Numbered from the stretch's first letter, positions 39,850 through 54,534 are shown. The stretch is DNA of 64,000 bases from Octopus sinensis (GCF_006345805.1 NC_042998.1:100998001-101062000), one strand, 5' to 3'. Made by a program: numbers and translations. The notes: generated from the sequence alone by a model not told the origin.

Positions 39850-40281
39850 TCAGTAGTATATTTTTTATATCGTGCTTTCACTTCACTACCGAGCGCAGCT
39901 CTGTGTGCCTTGGGTATGTGCTATGATTTGTTGTGAAGTTCTGATGGTTATTGTATGGAAAGTGTTCTGCGTAGGATGTGTGCAGTGCCTAGTAGTGCAA
40001 TTTTCTGTATGTTATATGTGTTTGTAAGTCCTGGTGTTTTTGTTATGTATTTGTCTGAATATGTTTTTATCATGCCTAATGCACCTACTATGATAGGAAT
40101 TGTTTCTGTCTTTAGATTCCACATTCTGGTTACCTCTATTTCCAGGTCTTTGTATTTTGAAAGTTTCTCCATTTCTTTTAGAGACACGTTGTCATCTGCC
40201 GGTATTGATACATCAATTAGAAGGCATTTTTTTTCTTCATGATCTCTGACAGCTATATCTGGTCTGTTGGCTTTAATTTCC

Positions 40282-40282
<1 letters not shown>
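39850..40282 (-). mobile_element. R4/Dong-type RLE 3' end with open frame, flanked by (TTA)n on both sides
   Basis: ANRPDIAVRDHEEKKCLLIDVSIPADDNVSLKEMEKLSKYKDLEIE...GTAHILRRTLSIQ*. Confidence 0.93.
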
Positions 40283-40364
<82 letters not shown>

Positions 40365-40430
40365 CACACATACACACATTTTTATATTATATTTATGCAT
40401 GAGTGTATATGAGTATGTATATGTGTGCAT

Positions 40431-40481
<51 letters not shown>

Positions 40482-41059
40482 TGTGTGTGTGTGTGTGTGT
40501 GCGTATGTATATATCTATTATAAAATTCGTTTTTAGTAGAGCTTTGACCTGTTCGGCCGTGGGGTTTACTCAGACCACATTTATTGAAGAAACTAGCAGA
40601 CCAAACTTAAAATCTCAATTTCATAATAAATTTGACTCTAATTTGACTTTTAGTAAGGAGTCCCCTCTTGCTACTTTTCTTAAAATACTTAAAAATATTA
40701 ACTTCAATGACACACAAGCGCACACATAAATACATTTACGCGCGCGCGCGTGTGTATGTATCAATATACATCGGTGAAAGATATAAAAGTCAGTGGGCAA
40801 ACTGAAAAGAAACCTGTTGTAATATGTTCATTTCATTATTTGTTATGCATTCAGTTACAGACACACTTTTGTGATTTTAGTGATCAGAAATGAATCAGGG
40901 GTGAATCAATGACTGATCGGTTGGAAACCTTATCAACAACGCTATTGTTTACCATTTATGATATGAAATAAGATTAAAGCTTGGTAAATTCCTGTAGGGA
41001 ATGAGAAATATATGACAGAGCACTATATGGCGTAAAAGTACGTGAGAAGACCTTTTTTA

Positions 41060-42480
41060 TATGTCTAGATGGACGGCTATAATGAAAGCTTTCGATTCTA
41101 ATCCAATTCAAAATGCTGGTATTCACAAGCTGGACGACATTTTCATTGCATTTAACGATACTACGGTTTCTGATTTCAGTGTTTACAATGTTTCAAGATA
41201 TTTCAAGATATTAATTCTCTCTGGTCTTTGAGTTAATTAAGGATATGATATTAGAAAAAAAAAAAAAAAAGCAAACGAAATCCAATTAAACAAACAAAAA
41301 GTAGAAACTCGGCTATTCATCTTCTCCTTTTATGGTTACCTTGCAACAAGTTTCCTGAAATGGTTCATAGTTGGAGATTTCATTACAATTTCCAGAGAAT
41401 TTTATGGCAGAGATCTAGGTGGAATTTTGACGTCAAGTGATAAGGTTGGTGATTAAGCACCAACTATAAATTACAGGCTGATCACCAGCTCTGACACAAC
41501 ACATTAAACATAATCTTTTAGAAGATAAACAATTTTTACAAAATCAAAAATAATAATAAAAACCCAACAAACAATAGTAGTCTTTTAATTATTGATGTAG
41601 CCATATGAATGTATATAATATTATGGAGAATTGAGTTGAGAAGCTCAGAAATTATACTGATATTTGACATGTCGGAAACGTGATCCTAGTTTCGCTTGTA
41701 ATGACGAATGATTTTAAACTCAACGAAAATCAAGTAATACATGACCATTCATCTTACAGATACTTGGGCGTGAACGAAATCAGAACAAGGTGTGGAAAAT
41801 CAAGGGAATAAAATGCAGAAAGAATATTTTGAAAAATGGGCAAAAAAAAAATGCTCTCACACTTCAACGATAAAAATTATTGTAACGATTAACTCAGATT
41901 GCTAGTCATAGCATATGATTTTGTAATATTGGTTTTGAACTTAACAGAATAAAGCATAATGGCTTGCAACATCAGTGAAGTATTAAAAAGCATCACATAT
42001 ATAACGAATCAAACATTCAGTGACAGTATGTTCTAAAGAGAGAAAGTAACAGCGTAATACTGAGCCACAGAGAGAATTTCAAGAAGGTGATTGTAGATGT
42101 TGCCCATTATATTTCTAACGAACATGAAATCCTGTTCTATATCAATGTATAATATGATGAGACGGAAAGCAATATATCAGCCATCAGAACAGCAATGGAA
42201 TTATCGTACGAAATTAGATTAAAGTTTTGTGAGCCAAGATCTAATGCTAGGGCAACAGTTAAAAGGATCATGAAATGGCAAATCACCCGACCATAATAAA
42301 GAAACATGAAGGGTATGTTTTTACATGGTCATTAATTTGGTGAATGTAATACTCCATATATAAATAACAAAACACCTTCCTTTCCTGGATAAAACGATTT
42401 ATCCGAAGTAGCAAAGTCAAGAAAAAATTATCATATTGGAGAAATCCATCACCTTTGCTATATAGATCCTGTAATGATCT
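41060..42480 (+). mobile_element. Old, heavily decayed R4/Dong-type RT remnants
   Basis: KAFDS-like (~41090), SYRYLGVNE (~41760), KEYF (~41825) and IHHLCYID (~42450) motifs in scattered frames. Confidence 0.5.
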
Positions 42481-43439
42481 ACATGATAAATGACGCCATA
42501 TGGTTAGTTTCTCGCTTCAATAAATTAGATTCTATAAGTGTCACACATAAGCACCTACAGAAAATAAATGAAAAGAATAAAATTGTTTCATAGTTTATAT
42601 ACGCCGAGATGTCAAATTCTAGTTTCTTAAATACTAAATTAAATAACAAATACGTAAGCCCAAATACGTAAGTTATACACAACGATAATGCAATGATCTT
42701 AAAGTTAACTTTAAAATACTCACTGATCACAAGATCACACACAACGCATTAAACGAAAACCAACAATAGGCTTTTAATTACTGATGAAGCAATACTGACA
42801 GTGTATAATATCATGGAGAAGCGAGTTGAGAAGCTCAGGAATAATACTTTGTTGTAGAATTGAAATCATTTTGATATGTTAGAAATGTGACTCTTATTCC
42901 ATTTGTAATTAATTCAACTAAGATGATGCAGAGTCGTTTCTAATAAATATAGACACAATTTCTTTCATAAAAGAAGCAAGTTCCATAAATATCAATACTG
43001 TGGTCTGTAAGGGTGTAAAATCGTTCGTTGAGAGCATTGTTAATAATTTGTTAGTCTTGAACATTTATATGTATGTCCACAAATATGTAACTCTTTTGTG
43101 ACAAAAATAAAATTAAAAAATTTATGTACTTTTCATATTCGAGATAAATAAATAAATGAATAATAAATATATATATATATATTTCAGTTTAATGAAATTT
43201 CCTGATGAAGAAAATAATGAGAAGATATTATTTTACCAGGAATTCTACATTTTTCTTTACATTAACAGTTTGAGAATATATTTTCTTGTTAATCAGCAGA
43301 TGTAATGAAGAGAGGACGAGTGGAAGTGTGCAAGCTTCCTGAAAAACGAGTTACTGCGCTAATCAGCGGGTTGCAACGACACACTTGCTGAGGATTCTCA
43401 TCACCTCACCAGTACAACAATAAATATATATATATATGT

Positions 43440-43830
43440 TAGTCTACCGAGGAGGAGGAGGAGAAGGAGGAGGAAGGGGAGGAAAGGGACGAAGATGATG
43501 AGGAGGAATCATTTGCACATAGGACGTTTTCGTTTCATGACTCCGAGGAAAATAAAAGCAGTAACGACAACATTACAAGAATTCATGTTTCCAGTATTCG
43601 GTGGTGGTGGTTGGATTTGGATTAGGCTTTGTGTTGGACAGGTTGATTGTGCTGTTGTTGTCGGTGTTCAGAAATGTGATCGAGCTGAAGATGAGCAGTA
43701 GGGTAGGGGATGGTAGTTGTGGTTTTAGGTAAAGGTAAGGGGTCAAAAAACAACACTGAAACCAAAATATGAACAAATATTTCGACCAGCTCAGATCCTG
43801 TCTTCAGTTAATAGTTTCTTCATATTTTCA
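43440..43830 (-). mobile_element. Possible PLE terminal-repeat fragment
   Basis: Hammerhead-like motif followed by a hydrophobic then T/N/P-rich frame; abuts (TA)n. Confidence 0.4.
43771..43812 (-). ncRNA. Degenerate minimal hammerhead-like motif
   Basis: CUGAAGA-caggaucugagcugguc-GAA-AUAU-U; helix I and II pairing imperfect. Confidence 0.4.
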
Positions 43831-44207
43831 TGTTCTTTTTTTCTAGTTTTCTTTATATAAGTTATGTCTTTTTTTTTCTTTGTCATCTTTCCACGTTTTC
43901 ATTTTTTCGTCCTTTAATTATCTTTTCATCTGCTCCATTAGTTCGTCTTTTTTTTCCACATCGTTTATACAGTTTTCATTTGTTTTCTCTCGCATACGTA
44001 CGCACGCACACATATACAAGGAGACACCCAGAGATAAATAGTAAAGTACACACACATACACGCAAATGGAGGCATATACACACAAATTGGCCTTACATTC
44101 CTCTGTATCTTAGTATTCTTTTCATATATTTTCCTACCTTCTCACAATGCAATCTTTCTATCATCCACCAGCCTCTCCCTTTTGTATCCATCTATCCATT
44201 TATACAT

Positions 44208-44422
<215 letters not shown>

Positions 44423-44660
44423 TGTGGAGGCGCAATGGCCAATGGTTAGGGCAGCGGACTCGCGGTCCTAGGATCGCGGTTTCGATTCCTAGACCGAGTG
44501 TGTAAAAGCTCCACGATCCCTGCTGTACTCTTTCACCACTCTTTCTTCTGTTGGCCTGCTCGCTTAGCCAGCGGGGTGGCGTCATTCGAAGGCCAGCGAT
44601 GTGTGACCAGCGATGTGTAACTACATCTGATGGACTGGTCGGTCGCGTGATCACGTGATA
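44423..44660 (+). mobile_element. tRNA-derived SINE, family D
   Basis: TGGCCAATGG A-box and GTTTCGATTCC B-box; the 3' part recurs in reverse at 48405-48525 and 62412-62531. Confidence 0.8.
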
Positions 44661-44814
44661 TACACATACATAAATATGCACATACACACACACACACACG
44701 CGCGCATACAAAGCAAGATTTCGACAGTTGTAAAAATGTATTCACGATTAACTGTCCAATTTGCATTTATACACTGTGTTTGTGTGTACGTGTTTGTGTG
44801 TATGTGTATGTATG

Positions 44815-44860
<46 letters not shown>

Positions 44861-44861
<1 letters not shown>

Positions 44862-45058
44862 TTGTTTTAGTCACTGGACTGCGGCTATGCAGGAGTATCG
44901 CCTTGTAGGATTTTTAGTCGAATGAATCATCCCAAGTACATTTTGTGGAAGCCTAGTAATTATTTTATTGTCTCTTTTGCCATCTTGGAAACGTAAACGC
45001 ACCAACACCGGTTGTCAAACTGTGGTGAGTACAAACACGGACACAAAGATACACACAC

Positions 45059-45111
<53 letters not shown>

Positions 45112-45290
45112 GTGTGTGTGTGTGTGGGTGTATTTATAAATATATATAAGACGGGTTTCTATCAGTTTCCGTTTACCAAATCCGGTCACAAGACTTTGGT
45201 CGGCCCGAGGCTATAGTACAAAACTATAGGAGCCATGTAGTGAGACTGAACCCGGAACCTTGTGGTTGGGAAGCAAGCTTCTTAACACAC
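44861..45290 (-). mobile_element. SINE family A
   Basis: Alignment to family A; internal (TA)n. Confidence 0.88.
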
Positions 45291-46821
45291 ATCTATATAT
45301 AATCTGTTTTATGTCAAGTTATTTATAAAATCATTTTAATATTAAACTGAAGGATTACTCAGTACTTTTTAGTAGAGTACATATTTATTAACTTTTGCAA
45401 AGAAAAACAAGAGGGTGACATTGACTTCGATGTTTCGGCAGTTTGAGGAAGGTGTGCAATGAGAAACTTTGAAGTCACTATCAAACTTTTATTGCAATAG
45501 TTAACGCGTGCGCTGCGTATATATATATATATTATATTTTGTGAAATTTGATTTAGTATTTCTAAATTGAATTTTTCCCTGTAAGTTTGGAATAATATTC
45601 TCCCATATTATTATTATAATATATATATATGTATATATATACACAATCGTGTATATATATATATACTTATATATATAAAATTTGCTTATATATATGTGTA
45701 TACACATGCACACACACACACATACACACACAAAATCACTTATTTGCTAGTTGGTTCACTTGAAGTCTGTGTAACCCCGAAATACAATGTTATTTCCTCA
45801 GTTATAGTTTTGGCACAGAAATGAGATATCAGTCATTGGAAAACTATGAAACCCCCCCCACAAAACAAGCGAAATCTGTGGTAGAATAACATGTTAGTCT
45901 ACATTTGAATAAGATTATTGCGTATTTAAGCGTGAGGTAAAATTTACTGTTTTGTTTTGCATGAAGGATGGAATTCTCTGTGATATCCATTATATTATTG
46001 AGATTTATTTAACCGCCGTTCTTTAATTGTCGTTCCGTATTGTGCTGCGCATTGGGCTGTTCTCGGATGGCGCCAGTAACACCTCACGTTTTATATGGGA
46101 AGAGGGTGTTATGCTAGACCCTCTTTTAACTATTCTCCATTTATAAAGAAAGGGGTATACAATGAATGCCCCTTCCTCTCGCTACCAAGCTCATTCTTAC
46201 TGTGCTATTAACTGATTCCGAGAGAGAAAGAGACAAAAAAAAAGAAAGAAAAAAAAAGAAAAAAAAAGAAAAAAAAAGAACCATCTACAGTACTTATAAA
46301 TTGATCTCAGCGGTATTTGAACCCTGAACACTGAGAACCGGAGCAAAACCGCAAGGCATTCTATTTGCTAATTCACTGTTTTTATCACTTCAACAGACTA
46401 AAAAAGGTTAAATCGATCTTTATGGAAATTGAAATCAAAAGCGAATCGTGGAAATTTAAATACAGGAATACATGTACAAATTAAATGTGAAGATTGTACT
46501 GGAAATGATTTTGGATATATGAGCTAGGGTGATGAATTAACTAATTAGAGGAATCGCGAAAAAGATAAAATTCTAGCAGCATTTATTTTGATTCTTTTCA
46601 TTCTGAGTTCAAATTCCGCCGAGATAAACTTTACTTCTCGTTCTTCCAGATTCGATAAACCACTGTGGGTTTGACTTAATCAACTAGTGATCTATGTTAA
46701 CAAGCAATGAGCACGCTTGGTACAGCAAAGACTAAGTCCCTGACTAACTGTGGAGCCTCAATGACAAGTGAAATGATACACTGGTTGGAGGACATTGCGG
46801 TTACATTAATATTATTTATCT

Positions 46822-47218
46822 AAGACGGCGAGTTGGCAGAAACGTTAGCACGCCGGGCGAAATGCATAGCCGTATTTCGTCTGCCGTTACGTTCTGAGAT
46901 CAAATTCCGCCGAGATTGACTTTGCCTTTCATCCTTTCGGGGTCGATAAATTAAGTACCAGTAACGCACTGGGGTCGATATAATCGACTTAATCCGTTTG
47001 TCTGTCCTTGTTTATCCTCTCTGTGTTTAGCTCCTTGTGGATAGTTAAGAAATAGGTATTTCTTCTGTCTTTACGCCCTGAGATCAAATTCCGCCGAGGT
47101 CGACTTTGCCTTTCATCCTTTCGGGGTCGATAAATTAAGTGCAGGTGTGTGTACTGGGGTCGATCTAATCGACTGGCCCACTCCCTCAAAATTTCGGGCT
47201 TGTGCCTAGAATATAAAA
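46822..47218 (+). mobile_element. SINE family B partial dimer
   Basis: Full unit to ~47057, then a restart at GGTATTTC with a second core and a different tail. Confidence 0.85.
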
Positions 47219-47237
47219 CATTAATATTATTTATCTG

Positions 47238-47385
47238 GATCGGGGCATGGCCTAATGGTTAAGAAGTTCACTCGAGTTCGATTATATTGTGCGACATGTT
47301 GGGCAAGTGCCTTTCTACTGTAACTTTGGATCGGTACAAGCTTTGTGAATGAAATTGGATCGACAGAAACTGTTTCGAAGCCTGT
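47238..47385 (+). mobile_element. SINE family A, 5' part
   Basis: A/B boxes, TGGGCAAGTG..TTCTAC, CTTTGTGAATGAA. Confidence 0.7.
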
Positions 47386-48404
47386 CGGTTTGATTGTGAA
47401 TGGAATTCAAAGGATCGTGCGTGTCACGTGAGTCAAGCTAATTTTGCTCAACAATTACATAAATACTATACATGTGTCTGTAGAATATTCAGTCACTTCC
47501 ACGTTAATCGAACGATTAGCAGGTATGATCAAATGATTGAATAACTGAATGTCCTCATCAAGACCGACGGAGGGGCCATCATCTACTTGTAACACCCTCT
47601 TTTTCAGCTAACACAACACATACATTCACACATACTACCACTCACCCACATGTAGTACATGCATTCTCTTTTCAAAACGGACCCCATTGGAAGAGGCCAC
47701 ACACACACACAAACACCCGTACACACATACACATATACACACAACTGGGGATGTAATTGAGACATAAATAAACCCCAGATCCACAAACAGAATTGAAGCC
47801 ACGTATTGTTTGGCAATGCAAGGTTCAAGTTCTGTTGCTTATTACTACTTTTTATGAAATGCATCTAGCAAAAGAATTCTATAGTTTCGATCATTTGGAC
47901 CAAACTTATTTCGCCACCAGCCAACGAAAAAGCCTCTATGTGGTTGCTCTGTATGCTAGAAACAGCAGCCAAATTTACATGTAATTGTTTTTTTGAAAAA
48001 GAAAAGGACACATTAGATAATGTCGTCTGAAATAAGTTAGCTGGAAAAGTTGCGATAATCATAGTCAGAAAGCCTTTGATTGTAGGTCTGCTCGATCAGG
48101 GCTGGCCTGGGGCTAAACTACAACAGCCTGTTTTGTTTACTAAAATTCTTTAAAATGACTGAGAATTGTAGATGATGGAATTGAAATAACCAGCTGGCTA
48201 GCCATCCACAGAATTTGTAGTTCGTGTCTCACCCATGTCTCTGTGCTGTGTCCAGTCCACATAGTTACAAGTAGTACCGATTTCTATTTCTAGTCACGTG
48301 AACTGATACCTTTGTTGCTGTTTAGTTCCAGGTGAGACAACATCGTGTAGATATATCATCAAACGTGTCCCAGCAACAGAACACCATTCGTTCTATAGGG
48401 ATAG

Positions 48405-48525
48405 ATGTGACCACATGACCGACCAGATTATCAGATGTTGTTACACATCGCTGGTGACAATGTGCTTTTGCATCGTTTTAACCTTCAAATGACGCCACCC
48501 TGCTGGCTAGGTGAGCAGGCCAACA
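48405..48525 (-). mobile_element. SINE family D, 3' part
   Basis: Reverse complement of ~44550-44655. Confidence 0.8.
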
Positions 48526-49011
48526 TTTCCCACTGATCGAAAGAAGGACTGGAGCAACTTGAAATGACATGTTTTGCTCAAGAACACAGTGCATGGCGAT
48601 CTTGAGTGAAACAGGCTAACCCTTAGGCCATGCGCCTTCACGGATGTAGGACTACTTTATCTAATGCGTCCTTCCCTTAGGAAGATGTGACTGCTATTTC
48701 TTGCAAGTTGAACGATCATATTGGAGCTTCAACTAGATATCACAAGGTGGCTATTGTTCACTGACACTACGGTTGCTGCTTAGCCCCAACAAACCTAGCA
48801 GAGGTTCGAGATATAACAACACTGAAAAGTTTTCTTTGTGGTATAATGTATTTGGGATTATATTATTTAATGTGGTATTATTTCTTTTTAAGATGGTAGG
48901 GTGAAATTTCAGGGAGAATTGTTTGCTATTTCTAGACTGACAGCAAAGAAACTCTCTCGATATCACGAATTTGCCGATGTATGCAGTGGTAGCATAATAT
49001 AATTGATGTGT

Positions 49012-49232
49012 AAGGCGGCGAGCTGGCAGAAACGTTAGCACGCCGGGCGAAATGTTTAGCGGTATTTCGTCTGTCTTTACATTTTGCGTTCAAATTCCGC
49101 CGAGGTCGACTTTGCCTTTCATCCTTACGGGGTCGATAAATTCAGTACCAGTTGTGTACTGGGGCCGATCTAATCGATTGGGCCCCTCCCCTCAAATTTC
49201 GAGCCTTGTGTCTAGAGTAGAAAAGAATATAA
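49012..49232 (+). mobile_element. SINE family B, full length
   Basis: AAGGCGGCGAGCTGGCAGAAACGTTAGC head through tail. Confidence 0.92.
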
Positions 49233-49807
49233 TTGATGCGTGTTTCGTTAACTTACAGTGCTGAGTTCAACACCTCGTATAAGAAAGTTATATGCACTAC
49301 ACAGACTGTTACGCCTGATAGACACAAAAACTGATAACTCTTTCGTTGACACTTTGTGTTTGTTTGAAGATGATCAAGACTGTATCCCTACCTATATTTG
49401 GACATGATTATATAACATGCCTCTACTTAAATTTCAGTTCATCTACATCTCTCAACTTTCCTTGTTGTCTTCTACCGACTATTCAAGTTTATCTTTCCAC
49501 TTCGCCTCACACAAATATCTAAACCTGTTGCTCAAAGCAAGTTAAGTGTGTTGATGTTGCTGTTTAGTCCCAGTTGGGACATATGATCAAAAGTGTTTTA
49601 ACCGTGACAATAGTCTTTTTGTCAGACGTAGTGTATATCTATGACTATATTATCCAACATACCTTTCTAATTTTTAGATTTGGCTGCTGTTTCTGGCATG
49701 TCGAGCGACCACGTAGAGGCTCGTTCATTGGTTCGTGTATATATGTTTCTGTCTCCCTGTCTCCCTCTCTCTCCTGTCTACCTGCTCTCGTTTCTCCTCC
49801 TCTCTTG

Positions 49808-49867
<60 letters not shown>

Positions 49868-50100
49868 TATATATACACACATTATATATATACATTATAT
49901 ATATATAACGGCCGCAGCTCTGAGCTGAAATAGAGAGATAAGGGATATATGTAGTATTATATATATATTATATATATAAGAAGTTAAAAGGAAAATACGC
50001 ACACACTTACATAGTTTTAATATAATTTTTAATATATCGACCGGTTTCGCTATCGCTATTCATGATATTCTATATATATATATATATTATATATATATAT

Positions 50101-50149
<49 letters not shown>

Positions 50150-50207
50150 TATATTATATATACATATATATATTATATATATATACATTATATATATTAT
50201 ATATACA

Positions 50208-50244
<37 letters not shown>

Positions 50245-50332
50245 TACATATATATATTATATATATATTATATATACTATATATATATATTATATATCTA
50301 TATATTATATACATATATATATATATATGTAT

Positions 50333-50362
<30 letters not shown>
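49808..50362. repeat. Interrupted (TA)n block with non-repeat inserts at ~49907-50070
   Basis: Direct reading. Confidence 0.9.
50035..50067 (-). ncRNA. Degenerate minimal hammerhead-like motif
   Basis: UAUC-augaaua-GC gaua GC-GAA-ACCGGU-C-GAUA: helix I and palindromic helix III intact, core decayed. Confidence 0.35.
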
Positions 50363-50395
<33 letters not shown>

Positions 50396-50953
50396 CCAAA
50401 CTGACAGACAGGCGAGGCGAGAGACAGCTAAACACATATACACGAATCATATATATATGCATTTGTACATATATATATATATACACAAGCACACACATAC
50501 ATTCAGAAGCATAGATATATATTTATTATCTAAATTAAAGTCAAACTCTCAGATAGTGAGAGCAAGAGAGACAGAAAGAGAGAGTCAGAGAGAAAGACAT
50601 TTAATTTTCTCTCAGTAAGCTGAGACGTTTCCTCACTCTTTGAAATCACTAATTATAAGAAATAAAACTGATTAATGAACAATTTGCAATTATTTCCCCA
50701 CACTCGTTTTCCATTTTCACTGTATCGACACTGTGCCAGTTCATGTAATTTACGCCTTAAATTATAAACATATTTTCAGTCCCACCACTATGTACACGAA
50801 TGCGCACATACGCACACATAGACACATACAGGCATGGATACATACATACATACATACATACATAATACATACATACATACATACATACATACATACATAC
50901 ATACATACATACATACATACATACACATACATACACACATACGCACACACACA

Positions 50954-50991
<38 letters not shown>

Positions 50992-51228
50992 AACATGCGC
51001 GACAGGGTTGAAGAAAAATCCACCAAGGAATCGTTTTGCATACTAAACTCACGTGCACTAGTTTCTTCTGCTTACTCTCTGTTTCTATTTCAGTCTTTCT
51101 CACACACACACACATATACATACCGACATGCAAAAAGCATACACACACTCACACACATATGTGTGTGTATATATATATATATATATACATATATATACAT
51201 ACACACACAGATATATATATATACATAT

Positions 51229-51552
<324 letters not shown>

Positions 51553-51600
51553 ATATATATATATATATATATATCTCCATACACACACATATATTCTCTT

Positions 51601-52032
51601 TACTCTTTTACCCTTTTACTTGTTTCAGTCATTTGACTGTAGCCATGCTGGAGTACTGCCTTTCGTCGAGCAAATCGACCCAGGACCTATTCTTTGTAAG
51701 CCTAGTACTTATTCTATCGGTCTCATTTGCTGAACCACTAAGTTACGGGGACGTAAACACACAGTATCGGTTTGTCAAAGGATGTGGGAGGGACAAACAC
51801 AGACACACAAACACACACACATATATATATATATATACATATACTTATATACGACGGGTTTCTTTCAGTGTCCGTCTACCAAATCAACTCACAAAGCTTT
51901 GGTAGGCCCGAGGCTATAGTAGAAGACACTTGCCCAAGGCGCCACGCAGAGGGACTGAACCCGGAACCATGTGGTTGGTAAGCATGCTACTTACCACAGA
52001 GCCATGTGGTTCGTAAGCAAGCTACATGCCAC
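51601..52032 (-). mobile_element. SINE family A with a tandem duplication of part of the head
   Basis: Alignment; CCATGTGGTT..GTAAGCA..CTAC occurs twice at 51966-52032. Confidence 0.88.
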
Positions 52033-52478
52033 ACATACGCACACACATATGTATGCATGTAGGAAAGTATGTATACATGCACACACACACACACACACAC
52101 ACATGTATATATATATACATGTATGTATATACATACACACAGAACACACACACACACACACACACACCATATATAGTTATATATCGATGTGTGTATGCGT
52201 GTGTACATTGCAGTATGGGCGGTATCTATATCTGACTTTTCATATAACAAAAAATTATATATGTTTAATTAGCTAAAAAGTAATATTTATTTTGAAAGAA
52301 GTATTTAGCCAATTATATACAGAATATTTGAATAAGCTATTTGCATATCTATTATTGTAAGACTGAAGAGTTGTCATATCTGATTGCAAATTAACACTGG
52401 ATATTTTGCAGTACAAAAGTAACGTTTCAGAAGTAATTAAATAAATTATTTTCGTTTTTTTCATGAAGATTAATGAAA

Positions 52479-52760
<282 letters not shown>

Positions 52761-53279
52761 CATAAATGTAATATAGGGTTATATATGCATATGTATATAA
52801 TACTCAGACACAAAATATATGAATTATATTTAATAAATATTACTTGTTTATGCTTATATATATACATATATACATACACACCACACACACATATATATAT
52901 ATGTGCATGTGTCTGTATACATTTATATATATCTATATATATATAGATATATATAACATTTATATTATGCCTATAAATTCACATACATATACAAATACAC
53001 ATGCATTCACAAACGCGCACTGAGATGAAGTCGATAAAATACATACATACACAATATACACACATGCGCATATGTGTGTGCGTGTGAATGTGTGTTTGTC
53101 TACATGTATATATGTGTGTATGTGTGTTTGTGTGTGTTTCTGTTTGTATGTGTGTCTGAGTGTGTGTGCGTGTGTGTGTGCATGCGTGCGTGTATATGCA
53201 AGCGCCAAGACATGTGGTTAGATGCATGCGTTGATTTACTCACGAATAAAAATATCCTTTTAAATATAGTAATATCCCC

Positions 53280-53830
53280 TATCTCTCACTCTATTACTCA
53301 CTCACTCATTGATCCCTACTCACTCATTGAATCCTATTTATGCTTTAACCCCTTTGCTTACTCATTTACCTGTCATTCACTGACCCATTCCTCACCCAAT
53401 CTCTCTCTCTCCCTCTCATACATACATCTACTCAGTCACTAACTTTCCCACTCATTTCTCACTCACTCACTCACTCGCTCACTCACTCACTCACAGCCAT
53501 CTGTTCTTACATCCACTCATCCACACTCACTTATTTACCCAGCATCACTCTCACTCACATGCCTTTCCTCATTCATCTACCCTCATATTCACTTACCTAT
53601 GCTTACATTTCCTCACACTCACTGTCGTCACACTTACCTGCCATCACGCTCACTTGGAGGTTTTCATATTCCTCCACTCAAAATCATACTCTCTCCTTAC
53701 ACATGTCCTTTTAGTTACCCGCATACTCACTCTCTTATCTGTCCTTACACTCATTCACCTGCACCCACACTCACTCATTCACCTGCTCTCACATTTATCT
53801 ACTAGACTCTCTACTCTCGATGTTTACTCT
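53280..53830. repeat. Degenerate (CACT)n-like low-complexity tract
   Basis: Recurrent CTCACTCA words, C/T-rich. Confidence 0.75.
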
Positions 53831-54534
53831 CATTCAATGGCTAAAGCAAGTGTCTCTATGTATCTCGGCTTAGGAAGTGATCTCCCTTTATTATTATTAT
53901 TTTTACTATATTTTAACGTCATTTTTTTCTTTTAAATATAATTTTCTTTCTTTATTTCATTTATGTCATTTTCTTCCCTGTCGTTTTTCTGCTTCCTACA
54001 AATATTCATCGTCTGCCGCTGGATCGTCTTTACTATTTTGCTTCCAATCCGTTTCTTGAATTGTTTCCGGACTATTGTATGATTCCTCCATATTCTCCAT
54101 GGTAGTGTGCATCAACGAACCGTTTCGGTTGACACCCTTTGTATCCGACATACTCATTGAAAGAGTCATATTACGATCAGGGCGCCTCTTTTTTTGTACA
54201 TGTACACAAGGAAAAATGCAGAAGACCAGTTTGAAACCTTGACGGAACCTGAATAAGAAGAAGAATTAAAATTTAGAATAACGAAACAGAAAAAAATCAT
54301 TAAGTAAATGATCATTTCATAAATATATATCTATTGAAAGTTGTTAAGGTCTTGCAAGAACTAGATATATAAACATAGAGGATGATAGGTAAAATGATAG
54401 GTAGGTAGTATGTAGGGAGGTAAGTAGAGAGGAATATGGCTAAAATGATAGGTAGGTAGGCAAGTAGGGAGGTAGATATAAGGCGATAAAGTATGATAGA
54501 GAGTGAGAGGTGGAGATAGATATCTTTTAATTTT

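Noticed and set aside
41655-41685. CTGATATTTGACATGTCGGAAACGTG hammerhead-like string
   Set aside because: Core and cleavage triplet are wrong, and the string is not conserved in the paralogous repeat at ~42850
44426-44500. tRNA-like sequence
   Set aside because: No proper cloverleaf; it continues into a dispersed repeat, so it is a SINE head
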